64,000 nucleotides of DNA from Deltaproteobacteria bacterium (GTDB lineage: Bacteria > Desulfobacterota > GWC2-55-46). The DNA lies in assembly GCA_019912665.1 (NCBI GenBank), contig JAIOIE010000018.1, forward strand, positions 624,690-688,689. Direction: 5' to 3'. A program made the translations under genes and the position numbers. The notes under the pieces were generated by a model that saw only the letters and a program-made list of their open reading frames with translations, was not told where the DNA came from and made no database searches. Position 1 is the first letter of the stretch. Each line of letters begins with the position of its first letter. This document shows positions 53,915 through 63,965 of the stretch, piece by piece.

Positions 53915-54443
53915 ATTCAAAATCCAACCAGACCTGAACCGTATTGATTGAGAGAAAGGCCTTTTTACGCGCTGCCGCGCGTTTTGGGCATAAGGCTCCG
54001 CACTCTTTCCGCCTTCAGCCTCCAGCCTCGGCCCTTAAGTCGCTCGGCCTTTGGCCTCGCTCCTGCAGCCCCGCCTCGCCCGCCCTCCTCCATCCCTATG
54101 TTCGCTCCGCCTTATGCCCGGTTTATTTCTGAAAGACAAAACAAAAATGTTTTTTTGTATTTTCAACAAACCCCGGAGGGTAAGGCGAGCGTAGCATAAA
54201 GGAGAAATAGCGTGAACGGGACGGGATTATAGGAGAGAAGCGACTTCAGAGGCCCTGTTCACGGGGTCGGGGAGGGGGCTAACGCGAGCCCCTCAAACCG
54301 CACGGAAGTACGGAAAGGGCCTTTTGCTACGACTTTCGAATGTTAATTGCCGGTGGTAACCGGGTTTGCACGGTGTTATAATGTACCCTGCCCGGCCTTC
54401 CTACTGTAAGCGGAAGCGGCTCTGGGGTTTAAAGGAGATGCTA

Positions 54444-55589
54444 ATGGACGGCATAATCTGTCCCGCGCCCTGGAACAGCCTTCATTTTTTCGAGGCCGGG
54501 CGAGTATTCACCTGCTGCACCGGATGGGTAAAGTCGCCGGTAGGGAGCCTTCAGAAGCAGACCATCTCCGAGATCTGGAACGGTCCGGAGATCCAGTCCA
54601 TGAGGAAGAAGATGCTCGAAGGGGCATGGCGTGAGATATGCCGCCCATCATGCCCGTTCATCCAATGGCACCTCTCCGGCGGCAGGCTCATAAAATTCGC
54701 CGACCTTGAAAAACACGGAGTTATACCGGCCGCCGCGGACGAGATACGGGCCGGCAAGACCGTCATCTCTACACCGCCAACCGTATTCAACTTCTCCAAT
54801 TCCGGCTACTGCAACCTCAAGTGCATCATGTGCAACACGAATCTCAAGGAGGACAGGGAACTCCTTGAGAGGGCCTATAACGACTTCATAACATATCTCC
54901 CTACGGCGCGGGAGGTGGTCCTGAGCGGGTGGGGAGACCCCTTCGCGAGGCCGGACACGCGTAAGATACTCACCGAGTTCGACGGAAGCCGCTATCCTGA
55001 CCTGAAATTCAGCCTCATAACGAACGGGCTACTCCTAAAGAGGTACTGGGACAGGATTAAGCACCAGAACTTCGCCGGGATAAACATCTCGGTCGACGCG
55101 GCCACAAAGGAGACATACGAGAAGATACGGGTGGGCGGCAGGTGGGAGGACCTCCTCGAAAACCTCGAACTGGTAAAGGACAACAGGAAGAGGTTCAGCG
55201 ATGTCGTCATAAACATGACCGTCATGAGGGCCAACTACATGGAGATACCGGCTTTCGTGGACTTCGGTGAAAGCTACGGCTTCAATGTGGTCTTCCAGAA
55301 GATAACAGGGAGGTGCGGGGACCAGAACTTCTTCCTGCACGGGGACAGGAAGTTGATCGCCGAGGTAAAGGCGATGCTCCAGGAGATACAGGCGTCCAGG
55401 AAGGCGAGGAAGATCTCCGTGGACGTCGAATCGAACTTCGGAAACCTCCTTTCAGGAGAAAACCTGGATGGGGAAAAGCGCCTCCACGCGCTCCTCAATT
55501 ACTGGGGCTGGAGGCTTACGGCGCCGGTATCGAAGGCGATGGGGCTTCTGAAGGGGAAAACCGGCACTGATAATTTTTCAGACAACTGA
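54444..55589 (+). CDS. Radical SAM protein with an N-terminal SPASM/twitch-like Cys motif
   Basis: NSGYCNLKCIMCN (CX3CX2C) core, preceded by CPAPW..L.F...G.V..CC...EIWNG...C...C. AAGGAG RBS 6 nt before ATG 54444. Confidence 0.8.
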   Translation: MDGIICPAPWNSLHFFEAGRVFTCCTGWVKSPVGSLQKQTISEIWNGPEIQSMRKKMLEGAWREICRPSCPFIQWHLSGGRLIKFADLEKHGVIPAAADEIRAGKTVISTPPTVFNFSNSGYCNLKCIMCNTNLKEDRELLERAYNDFITYLPTAREVVLSGWGDPFARPDTRKILTEFDGSRYPDLKFSLITNGLLLKRYWDRIKHQNFAGINISVDAATKETYEKIRVGGRWEDLLENLELVKDNRKRFSDVVINMTVMRANYMEIPAFVDFGESYGFNVVFQKITGRCGDQNFFLHGDRKLIAEVKAMLQEIQASRKARKISVDVESNFGNLLSGENLDGEKRLHALLNYWGWRLTAPVSKAMGLLKGKTGTDNFSDN

Positions 55590-55654
55590 ACCACTACGGC
55601 TGAAAGGCGGGGGGATTTTAGAGTCCCATAACGAGACATTAAAAGGCTTTAAAA

Positions 55655-55692
55655 GAAGAGGGGGGGGGTGAATCGCCCCCCCCTCTTTGAGT
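55655..55692. terminator. Bidirectional Rho-independent terminator between the radical SAM gene and rpoD
   Basis: aaaagaAGAGGGGGGGGG-tgaatcg-CCCCCCCCTCTttga between convergent genes. Confidence 0.75.
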
Positions 55693-55708
55693 TCATAACA
55701 GAATCTTA

Positions 55709-57226
55709 TCAGCCTTCGCTGAAGCCCTTCAAGAGCTTGGCCCTCGTGGGGTGCCTGAGCCTCCTTATGGCCTTGGCCTCTATCTGGCGCACCCTCTCTC
55801 GCGTGACGCCGAGGACCTTCCCCACCTCTTCAAGCGTATAATCCTGCTTCTCGCCAATTCCGAACCTCATCCTCAAGACCTTCTCCTCTCTCGGGGTAAG
55901 GGTCTCGAGGACCGAGTTCGTCTGGTCCGAAAGGTCCTTCTCTATGGCCGCGTCAGAAGGCGAAGGGGACTTCTCGTCCTCGATAAAATCGCCAAGCGAG
56001 CTCTCCTCGTCGTCGCCGATGGGCGTCTCGAGCGAGAGGGTCTGCTTCATGAGCCTCAGGATGCGCCTGACCTTCTGGATGGGTATGTCCATCCTCTCGG
56101 CTATCTCTTCGGGGTAGGGCTCCCTGCCGAGCTCCTTAAGGAGTTGCCTCGATGTCTGCAGCAGCCTGTTAATGGTCTCTATCATGTGGACCGGGATCCT
56201 TATGGTCCTCCCGTGGTCGGCTATGGATCTCGTGATGGCCTGCCTTATCCACCATGTAGCGTAGGTCGAGAACTTGTAGCCCTTCTTGTAGTCGAATTTG
56301 TCGACGGCCTTCATGAGGCCGATATTGCCTTCCTGGATGAGATCCGAGAACTTGAGCCCCAGGTTCACATATCTCTTTGCGATGGAGACCACGAGCCGGA
56401 GGTTCGCCTCAATGAGCCTCTGCTTGGCTTCCCACATGTTGAAGTCGTGTATTTTTACCTGCCTTGCGAGCTCGCGGAGGTCGCCCCTCTTCATCTCTAG
56501 GCGCCTCATTATCTTTCTTATGCGGGCCTTGGCGCGCTCCTGTTTCCTGGGGCCCTTTTTCGACTCCTCGCGCTCAATAAGGTGCTCGAGGCGGACTATC
56601 CTCTTTACAACGCGCCTGATGATGTTGGCGCTGAGGTTCATGTCCTTAAGGAGCTTGTAGGCGCTATCGGGTTTGCGCCTCCTGAGCCTTTCGAGCTTGG
56701 CAAGTACTTCGTCGGTCGCGGCGGTTGCCTCTTCGGCCTGGTTCTCCTCAACCTCTTCCTCTATGAGGTCGCGGAGCGACGCCTTGCCTGCTCTTACGCG
56801 GCCCACAAGCCTCAATATCTCTATAACCGCAAAGGGGCTGGAGAGGGTGAGCCTGCGGAGTTCGTTCCTGCTCTCCTCTATCCTCTTCGCGTATACGATC
56901 TCCTCTTCGCGCTTAAGAAGCGGCACCGCGCCCATCTCGCGCATGTAGATCCTGACCGGGTCCTCGACCCGCTCCACTTCCTCCACCTCGAACTCGCGCG
57001 GCTCCGCCACTTCCTGGGCCTCCGGGCCGCCCTTTTCAGCGCTGTCCACAACGTCTATTCCGAGCTCTCCGAGGGTCTCAAGCAAGTTGTCCATCTCCTC
57101 CACAGAGAAATTGTCCTGCGGGAACGCGTCGTTTATTTCATCATAGGTGAGGAACCCCTTGTCCTTCCCTATGTCGATAAGACCCAAGAGTTCCACGCTC
57201 TGGTTATTTCCTGCTTTTTTGCTCAT
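55709..57226 (-). CDS. rpoD: RNA polymerase primary sigma factor (sigma-70)
   Basis: Region 1.1/1.2 ([11 protein letters not shown]), region 2 ([45 protein letters not shown]), region 3, and region 4 ([31 protein letters not shown]). Confidence 0.95.
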   Translation of the reverse strand: MSKKAGNNQSVELLGLIDIGKDKGFLTYDEINDAFPQDNFSVEEMDNLLETLGELGIDVVDSAEKGGPEAQEVAEPREFEVEEVERVEDPVRIYMREMGAVPLLKREEEIVYAKRIEESRNELRRLTLSSPFAVIEILRLVGRVRAGKASLRDLIEEEVEENQAEEATAATDEVLAKLERLRRRKPDSAYKLLKDMNLSANIIRRVVKRIVRLEHLIEREESKKGPRKQERAKARIRKIMRRLEMKRGDLRELARQVKIHDFNMWEAKQRLIEANLRLVVSIAKRYVNLGLKFSDLIQEGNIGLMKAVDKFDYKKGYKFSTYATWWIRQAITRSIADHGRTIRIPVHMIETINRLLQTSRQLLKELGREPYPEEIAERMDIPIQKVRRILRLMKQTLSLETPIGDDEESSLGDFIEDEKSPSPSDAAIEKDLSDQTNSVLETLTPREEKVLRMRFGIGEKQDYTLEEVGKVLGVTRERVRQIEAKAIRRLRHPTRAKLLKGFSEG

Positions 57227-57468
57227 AAACCCTTCCTTTACTTGCCTTTCCCTGGACATAAAAATTATTTAATCCTAACATAACTATAGGACAAATGTCA
57301 AGCCCCGTCAAGCCATGCCAAGTTACCGATTTTACGCTCTTTTGGGCGGTCCCGCTTGACCTTGCGGCGCGATTGTGTTAAAGTTTTTAATTCTAACCCA
57401 TTGTCATTATAAGCTTTTTTACAGTATCGGTCAGTGACTTATGTTGCGTAACCGCACGTCATTTAAAT

Positions 57469-59715
57469 ATGAAGTTTATGGACGGAGGAGCAATCGGTAA
57501 AAACATTCCCAGAGCCCTCGGGGCGCTGGCCCTCGCGCTATTTTTATTGATCGCAGGCTGCACGCCCAACGACCCTTACCGCCCGTCCGAACGGGGTAAG
57601 AACATCTTCTACACGACCTTTTTCGAGCCTCCCAAGCACCTCGACCCCGGCCGCGCCTACAGTTCCGATGAATACGACATAATCGGGCAGATATACGAGC
57701 CCCCGCTCGAATACCATTACCTGAAGAGGCCTTATGAACTTCAGCCCCTCGCGGTCGAGGAAGTCCCGGACCCCGTCTATTTCGGCAAGGACGGGCATAA
57801 GCTCCCCGACGGAGCGCCGGCCGAGGCCGTGCACAGGGCCGTCTACGAGCTAAAGGTGAGGGACGGGATACTCTACCAGGACCACCCTGCCTTTGCCCTG
57901 GACCGGGACGGAAAGCCTCTTTATCAGGGCGTTGAGGAAAACGAGATCGGCGGGATAAAGGGGGTGTCGGACTTTCCGGTAAAGGGCACGAGGGAGCTTA
58001 CGGCCGACGACTTTATCTACCAGATAATGAGGCTCGCGGACCCGCAGGTCGAAAGCCCTGTACTCTCCATTCTCGAAAAATATATACTTGGGCTGGAAGA
58101 GTACGCAAAGGCCCTCCGGGCCGACCTCGAGGAGATAAGGTCAGAGAGGCGGGCCGAAGCCGGCTTTTCCTACAACCAGGCGGCTGACGAGAAAGAGAAC
58201 CCCATTATCCTCGATTACTGGAAGCACCCCCTTCCCGGGGTCGAGAAGGTAGACGACCATACCTTCAGGATAGTCTTGAAGACCAAGTACCCGCAGTTCG
58301 TCTACTGGCTCGCAATGCCCTTTTTCGCGCCCATGCCGAGGGAGGCCGCCGAGTTCTACAAGCAGGGCGCGCTCATCGACAGGAACATGACCCTCAACAG
58401 GTTTCCCGTGGGCACTGGCCCGTACATGATGGAGACCTTCAACCCGAACATGGAGATAGTGCTCGTAAAAAACGGGAACTACCGCCACGATCCCTTTCCT
58501 GCCGAAGGCGAGGAGGGCGACACTGAAAAAGGGCTCTTAAAGTATGCGGGAGAGGGCCTTCCCTTCATAGAGAAGATAGTCTTCAAGCTCGAAAAGGAGG
58601 CTATCCCCAGGTGGAACAAGTTTCTCCAGGGATATTACGACAACTCCGGCATAAGCTCCGAGAGCTTCGACCAGGCCGTCTCCATAGGGAGCGGCGGAAG
58701 GCCCGAGCTTACCGATGACATGCGGGAAAGGGGCATGAGGCTCCTTACGTCAGTCCGTCCCTCCATCTATTATTCCGGGTTCAACATGCTCGACGACGTC
58801 GTGGGGGGCTACTCGCCCGAAAAGCAGAAACTCCGGCAAGCCATCTCCATAGTGCTCGATTATGACGAGTTCATCTCCATTTTCAATAACGGGAGGGGCA
58901 TAGGCGCCATGTCCCCGCTCCCGCCGGGCATATTCGGATACAAGGAAGGCAAGGAAGGCATAAACCCGTACGTCTATGATTGGGACCACGCAAGGAAAAA
59001 GCCGGTGCGGAAATCCCTCGAAGAGGCGAAACGGCTCATGGCGGAGGCAGGCTACCCCGGCGGCAGGACCCCGGGCGGCAGGCCGCTCGTCATCACCTTC
59101 GACAACGCCTGGACAGGGGCCGACTCTACACCGCTCATAAACTGGTACATAAAGAAGTTCGCGCTCCTCGGCATACAACTCGAAAACAGGACTACCGACT
59201 ACAACCGCTTCCAGGAGAAGATGTTCAGGGGCAACTTCCAGTTCTTCTCCTGGGGCTGGAACGCCGACTACCCGGACCCGGAGAACTTTTTCTTCCTCCT
59301 TGCGGGCCCGAACGGCAAGGTGAAATTCCAGGGCGAGAACACTGCCAACTACTCCCATCCGGAGTTCGACATGCTCTTTAAAACAATGGAGAACATGGAG
59401 AACGGTCCGGCCCGGCAGAAGGTCATAGACGGGATGAACGAGATACTGAGAAGGGACGCGCCCTGGGTATGGGGATACCACCCCGTTGCGTTCTCCCTTT
59501 TCCACGGCTGGGTAGAGAACGTCAAGCCCAACCCCATGTCGAACAACACGATGAAGTACATAAAATTAAACGCGGAGAAGAGGCAGGCGGCCAGGGACGA
59601 ATGGAACAGGCCGGTCATATGGCCGGTGGCGGCGCTCATCGCCGTAATAATCATAGGGTCGCTCCCGGCCATAATAACCGTCCGGAGGAGGCGCGGCCTC
59701 GGCAGAAAGGCCTGA
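57469..59715 (+). CDS. ABC transporter substrate-binding protein, family 5 (peptide/nickel type), large form
   Basis: Lipobox LIAGC, SBP_bac_5-like core (FFAPMP, GTGPYM, WNADYPDPENF), and a C-terminal hydrophobic helix followed by RRRRG. Confidence 0.85.
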   Translation: MKFMDGGAIGKNIPRALGALALALFLLIAGCTPNDPYRPSERGKNIFYTTFFEPPKHLDPGRAYSSDEYDIIGQIYEPPLEYHYLKRPYELQPLAVEEVPDPVYFGKDGHKLPDGAPAEAVHRAVYELKVRDGILYQDHPAFALDRDGKPLYQGVEENEIGGIKGVSDFPVKGTRELTADDFIYQIMRLADPQVESPVLSILEKYILGLEEYAKALRADLEEIRSERRAEAGFSYNQAADEKENPIILDYWKHPLPGVEKVDDHTFRIVLKTKYPQFVYWLAMPFFAPMPREAAEFYKQGALIDRNMTLNRFPVGTGPYMMETFNPNMEIVLVKNGNYRHDPFPAEGEEGDTEKGLLKYAGEGLPFIEKIVFKLEKEAIPRWNKFLQGYYDNSGISSESFDQAVSIGSGGRPELTDDMRERGMRLLTSVRPSIYYSGFNMLDDVVGGYSPEKQKLRQAISIVLDYDEFISIFNNGRGIGAMSPLPPGIFGYKEGKEGINPYVYDWDHARKKPVRKSLEEAKRLMAEAGYPGGRTPGGRPLVITFDNAWTGADSTPLINWYIKKFALLGIQLENRTTDYNRFQEKMFRGNFQFFSWGWNADYPDPENFFFLLAGPNGKVKFQGENTANYSHPEFDMLFKTMENMENGPARQKVIDGMNEILRRDAPWVWGYHPVAFSLFHGWVENVKPNPMSNNTMKYIKLNAEKRQAARDEWNRPVIWPVAALIAVIIIGSLPAIITVRRRRGLGRKA

Positions 59716-59725
59716 GCACGGCAAG

Positions 59726-60706
59726 ATGCTATCGTACATCGTAAGAAGGATACTCTACGCCATCCCCATAATAATCGGCGTGAACGTGCTGACGGCGCTC
59801 CTATTCTTCTACGTCAACACGCCCGACGACATGGCCAGGAAGGTGCTCGGCGATAAAAACGTCACGCCTGCCGCTGTCGAGAACTGGAAAAGGGACCACG
59901 GCTATGACCTCCCGGCGTTCGTGAACACGGAGGAGCCGGGCATAAGGAAGGTAACGGAGACGGTCTTTTTCCAGAAGTCCGTGCCGCTACTCTGGTTCGA
60001 CTTCGGCAGGTCCGACAGGAACAACATCGACATCAGCCAGGAGATACGGACGCGCATGTGGGCGAGCCTCGCCATAAGCGTCCCCATGTTCATGGCCGGG
60101 GTGGCGGTTAACCTCTTTCTAGCCATGATGCTCGCCTATTACCGGGCCACCTACATAGATATCTGGGGAGTCATTCTGGCGGTCGTCCTCATGTCCGTAT
60201 CGACCCTCTTCTATATCATAGGCGGGCAGTACATATTGGGGAAGCTCCTCCGGCTATTCCCAATTTCGGGCTTTGACGCGGGGCTCCATTCCATGAAGTT
60301 CCTGGTGCTCCCGGTCATAATAGGAATCATCGCCTCCATAGGCACTGGGGTCCGCTTCTACAGGACAGTGTTCCTTGAGGAGATAAACAAGGACTACGTA
60401 AGGACCGCCAGGGCAAAGGGGCTCACCGAAGGCAGGGTGCTCTTTAAGCACGCGCTCAAGAACGCGATGATACCGGTCCTCACGAACGTGGTCGTATCCA
60501 TACCGTTCCTCTTTTACGGGAGCCTCATACTCGAGACCTTCTTCGCCATACCCGGGCTCGGGAGCTTCACCATAGACGCCATACAGTCCCAGGACTTCGC
60601 CATAGTGAGGTCCATGGTATACCTTGGCTCGATACTCTACATAATCGGGCTCATAATGACGGACATAAGCTATACGCTCGTCGACCCCCGGGTCAGGCTC
60701 GAATAG
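59726..60706 (+). CDS. ABC transporter permease (DppB/OppB-like)
   Basis: MLSYIVRRILYAIP start and the EAA-like loop DYVRTARAKGL. Confidence 0.88.
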   Translation: MLSYIVRRILYAIPIIIGVNVLTALLFFYVNTPDDMARKVLGDKNVTPAAVENWKRDHGYDLPAFVNTEEPGIRKVTETVFFQKSVPLLWFDFGRSDRNNIDISQEIRTRMWASLAISVPMFMAGVAVNLFLAMMLAYYRATYIDIWGVILAVVLMSVSTLFYIIGGQYILGKLLRLFPISGFDAGLHSMKFLVLPVIIGIIASIGTGVRFYRTVFLEEINKDYVRTARAKGLTEGRVLFKHALKNAMIPVLTNVVVSIPFLFYGSLILETFFAIPGLGSFTIDAIQSQDFAIVRSMVYLGSILYIIGLIMTDISYTLVDPRVRLE

Positions 60707-60713
60707 GAATAAA

Positions 60714-61886
60714 ATGCCTGTAATTCTCGCGACAGATTTCATAGTCTTCTTCCTCGCCGGAGCGATAGTCTACTTCGTTATTGCCGTAAGAAAGGACGGG
60801 GCGGCAGCTTCCGCCTGGCGGGAGATAAAGAAGAACAGGCTCGCCCTTGCCTGCATGGCGATGCTCGCGCTTTATTTCTCGGTCGCACTCATGGACAGCG
60901 TCCGCTACAGGGACCCGGTGATAACCGAAGATAGCGTCCAGGCCACGACCGAGAGCGGCGCAGCGATTTATAGCGCCCAGGCCCTGAGCCTCCTTGACAG
61001 GGCGTTCGTGGGCATGAGGAACAATACCGAGAAGACCTACTCGGCCCCGTTCGCAAAATACCTCTTTCTAAAAGAGAATGTGGAGATGCCGGACGGGACG
61101 ACGGTACGGGAGTATCCGCCTCTTAAGCACCCGGGCGCGCACTGGCTCGGGACCGACAAGGTCGGAAATGACGTCCTCTATAACGCCCTTAAGGGCGTGA
61201 GGACCGCGGTCGTCATCGGCGCGGGCACGACCCTCATAATAGTGCCCTTCGCCATATTCTTCGGAGTGGTTGCAGGATATTTCGGCGGCTTGCTCGACGA
61301 CGTCGTCCAGTACATATACACGACCCTCGCCTCGATACCCGGCGTGCTCCTCATAGTCGCGTTCATGCTCCTTTTCGGAACATCCGGCTACCAGGGCGGG
61401 CTCATATCTGAGGGGCAGCTGAGCCTCGGGGTCTTCGTCTGGAACGACCGGCTCTTCTGGCTCGCCCTCATACTCGGCATCACCTCGTGGACCGACCTCT
61501 GCAGGCTTATTCGGGGAGAGACTTTGAAGCTCAGGGAGCTCGAGTACGTGCAGGCCTCAAGGGCCTTCGGAGTATCGAGGCCCGGCATAATTTACAGGCA
61601 TATCGTTCCGAACGTCATGCACCTGGTGCTCATAACATTCGTCCTCCAGTTCAGCGCCCTGGTGCTGGCGGAGGCCATATTGAGCTACATAGGCATAGGC
61701 GTGGGCCCGCAGATGGGGAGCTGGGGCAATATGATAAACACCTCCAGGCTGGAACTCTCGATGGACCCGGTCGTCTGGTGGAATCTCACGGCCTCGTTCC
61801 TGTTCATGTTCGGGCTCGTGCTACCGGCGAACATATTCGGTGACGCGGTAAGGGACGCGCTCGACCCGAGGCTCAGGTACAGGTAG
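60714..61886 (+). CDS. ABC transporter permease (DppC/OppC-like) with a long periplasmic loop
   Basis: HWLGTDKVGNDVL and the EAA-like EYVQASRAFG motif. 390 aa. Confidence 0.88.
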   Translation: MPVILATDFIVFFLAGAIVYFVIAVRKDGAAASAWREIKKNRLALACMAMLALYFSVALMDSVRYRDPVITEDSVQATTESGAAIYSAQALSLLDRAFVGMRNNTEKTYSAPFAKYLFLKENVEMPDGTTVREYPPLKHPGAHWLGTDKVGNDVLYNALKGVRTAVVIGAGTTLIIVPFAIFFGVVAGYFGGLLDDVVQYIYTTLASIPGVLLIVAFMLLFGTSGYQGGLISEGQLSLGVFVWNDRLFWLALILGITSWTDLCRLIRGETLKLRELEYVQASRAFGVSRPGIIYRHIVPNVMHLVLITFVLQFSALVLAEAILSYIGIGVGPQMGSWGNMINTSRLELSMDPVVWWNLTASFLFMFGLVLPANIFGDAVRDALDPRLRYR

Positions 61887-61898
61887 CACATTTATTAT

Positions 61899-61983
61899 TG
61901 TCATTCTGAGGCGAAGCCGAAGAATCTCGGCGCTGATGAACCAATTAAGAGATTCTCCGTCGACTTCGCTCCTCAGAATGACA
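61899..61983. repeat. Inverted pair of family 2 repeat modules forming a long hairpin
   Basis: tgtcattctgaggcgaagccgaagaatctc ... gagattctccgtcgacttcgctcctcagaatgaca, between the permease stop and the ATPase start. Confidence 0.75.
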
Positions 61984-62000
61984 GACAGAAAACGACTGAC

Positions 62001-63896
62001 ATGGAACCTGTCATAAAGGTAAAAGACCTCCGCGCCTATTTCAAGACCCCCAAGGGGCTTGCAAGGGCGGTCGACGGCATCTCATTCGAGATACCCAAGG
62101 GGGGGACCTTTGCCCTGGTCGGAGAATCGGGTTGCGGAAAGTCCGTTACCGCGCTCTCGCTCATTCAGCTCGTCCCAGAGCCCGCGGGCTACATAGCCGG
62201 AGGGGAGATAATCCTTAACGGCAGGGACATAGTCCCGCTCGATGAGCGATCAAAGAGGGAGATACGCGGCAACAAGATATCCATGATATTCCAGGAGCCC
62301 ATGACCTCCTTGAACCCGGTCTTCACCGTAGGCGACCAGCTCATGGAGACCATCGTCCTCCATCAGGGGAAAAGGAAGGGGGAGGCAAGGAAGGCCGCCG
62401 TCGAGATGCTCGAAAAGGTGCACCTACCTGAGCCCGAGAGGCTATTTGGCGAGTACCCCCACAGGCTCTCAGGAGGGCAGCGCCAGAGGGTCATGATAGC
62501 CATGGCCCTTTCCTGCAGGCCAGACCTCCTCATTGCCGACGAGCCCACGACCGCCCTCGACGTCACCATCCAGGAGGAGATATTAAAGCTCATAAGGGAG
62601 ATGAAGGATTCCCTCGGCACGGCCGTCCTCCTCATAACCCACAACATGGCCCTGGTCTACAGGAACGCGGACATGGTAGGGGTGATGTACGCGGGAAAGC
62701 TCGTGGAATCCGCATCCACGCAGGGGCTTTTCCGTAACCCCATGCATCCGTACACCATAAAGCTCCTTCGCTCCATACCCGGCCAGGAGAAGAGGGGCAA
62801 GGCCCTTGATACCATTCCCGGCGCAGTGCCCTCGGCGGTCTCCTACCCCGCCGGATGCCATTTTTCGGGCAGGTGCCCGAGGGAGATGGAAGGGTGCGCC
62901 TCAATAGAGCCGCCTCTTATTGAGAGGGCCCAGGGCCATTCGGTCGCCTGCCACCTGCACGACCCGGGCTTCATGAGCCAGCCTCATTCCAGGCCCCTGA
63001 GGCAGGAGCCGGACGCGCTCCCTCCCCTGGCGGTGCCCCCTTCCGAGAGGGAGACCATACTTGAAGTGAGAACTTTGAAGACCTGGTACCCCATAAGGAA
63101 GGGCGTGCTTAAAAGGACCGTGGGCCACATAAAGGCCGTGGACGGCATCGACATTTCCATAAGGAAGGGCTCTACGCTCGCGCTCGTAGGCGAGTCAGGC
63201 TGCGGAAAGACGACCGCGGGAAAATCCATAATACAGCTCATAAAGCCGACCGGAGGCGAGGTCCTCTATAAGGGCGCCGACATCGCCAAGCTCGGCGAGC
63301 GGAGGCTTAAGCAGTTCAGGTCTTCACTCCAGATAATATTCCAGGACCCGTACTCGTCCCTCAACCCCCGGCTCACGGTGAGGGAGACCATAGAAGAGGG
63401 GCTACGGGCCGTAAAGCCCGGCATGGGCAAATCAGAGAGGATTGAGAAGGTAAGAAGCGTCCTCGAAAGGGTCGGGCTCGGGCCAGAGGCCATGTCGAGG
63501 TACCCGCACGAGTTCTCGGGCGGCCAGCGCCAGAGGATAGGTATCGCCAGGGCGCTTGCGGTTGACCCCGAGTTCATCGTCTGCGACGAGGCGGTATCGG
63601 CCCTGGACGTCTCGGTGCAGGCCCAGATACTCAATCTCCTCAAGTCCATACAGAGGGACTTCGGCCTCTCGTTCCTCTTTATAACCCACGACCTCGGGGT
63701 CGTCGAGTATATTGCCGACGAGGTGGCGGTCATGCACAACGGAAGGATAGTCGAGCGCGGAACGACTGCCGAGATATTCTCGGACCCGAAGCACGACTAC
63801 ACGAAGAAGCTCCTTTCAGCCGTACCCAGGATAGACAGCCGCCTTGCCGATTTCTGGCATTTGCCGGGGAGTCTCTCTGAAAAGGGCATTGGCTGA
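62001..63896 (+). CDS. ABC transporter ATP-binding protein, fused tandem ATPase (DppD-DppF-like)
   Basis: Two Walker A motifs (GESGCGKS twice), two signatures ([16 protein letters not shown]) and two Walker B motifs. 631 aa. Confidence 0.92.
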   Translation: MEPVIKVKDLRAYFKTPKGLARAVDGISFEIPKGGTFALVGESGCGKSVTALSLIQLVPEPAGYIAGGEIILNGRDIVPLDERSKREIRGNKISMIFQEPMTSLNPVFTVGDQLMETIVLHQGKRKGEARKAAVEMLEKVHLPEPERLFGEYPHRLSGGQRQRVMIAMALSCRPDLLIADEPTTALDVTIQEEILKLIREMKDSLGTAVLLITHNMALVYRNADMVGVMYAGKLVESASTQGLFRNPMHPYTIKLLRSIPGQEKRGKALDTIPGAVPSAVSYPAGCHFSGRCPREMEGCASIEPPLIERAQGHSVACHLHDPGFMSQPHSRPLRQEPDALPPLAVPPSERETILEVRTLKTWYPIRKGVLKRTVGHIKAVDGIDISIRKGSTLALVGESGCGKTTAGKSIIQLIKPTGGEVLYKGADIAKLGERRLKQFRSSLQIIFQDPYSSLNPRLTVRETIEEGLRAVKPGMGKSERIEKVRSVLERVGLGPEAMSRYPHEFSGGQRQRIGIARALAVDPEFIVCDEAVSALDVSVQAQILNLLKSIQRDFGLSFLFITHDLGVVEYIADEVAVMHNGRIVERGTTAEIFSDPKHDYTKKLLSAVPRIDSRLADFWHLPGSLSEKGIG

Positions 63897-63926
63897 ACCA
63901 TTATCGGGAGCGCCTCTCAAAAAGAA

Positions 63927-63965
63927 AGAGGGGGCTGCTAAAAGCAGCCCCCTCTTTTGCTTTCC
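63927..63965 (+). terminator. Rho-independent terminator after the ABC operon
   Basis: AGAGGGGGCTGC-taaaa-GCAGCCCCCTCT followed by tttgcttt. Confidence 0.75.

Noticed and set aside
53944-54199. Small ORFs upstream of the radical SAM gene, considered as RiPP precursor peptides.
   Set aside because: They are overlapping Pro/Arg/Ser-rich frames with no RBS and no Cys/Ser/Thr-rich core or leader-like features. Other mini-ORFs there (6-15 codons) also lack RBS support.
55751-57283. Two long plus-strand ORFs (249 aa and 233 aa) opposite rpoD.
   Set aside because: rpoD is unambiguous on the minus strand, with all sigma-70 regions. The plus-strand frames are Leu/Arg/Pro/Val-rich shadows.
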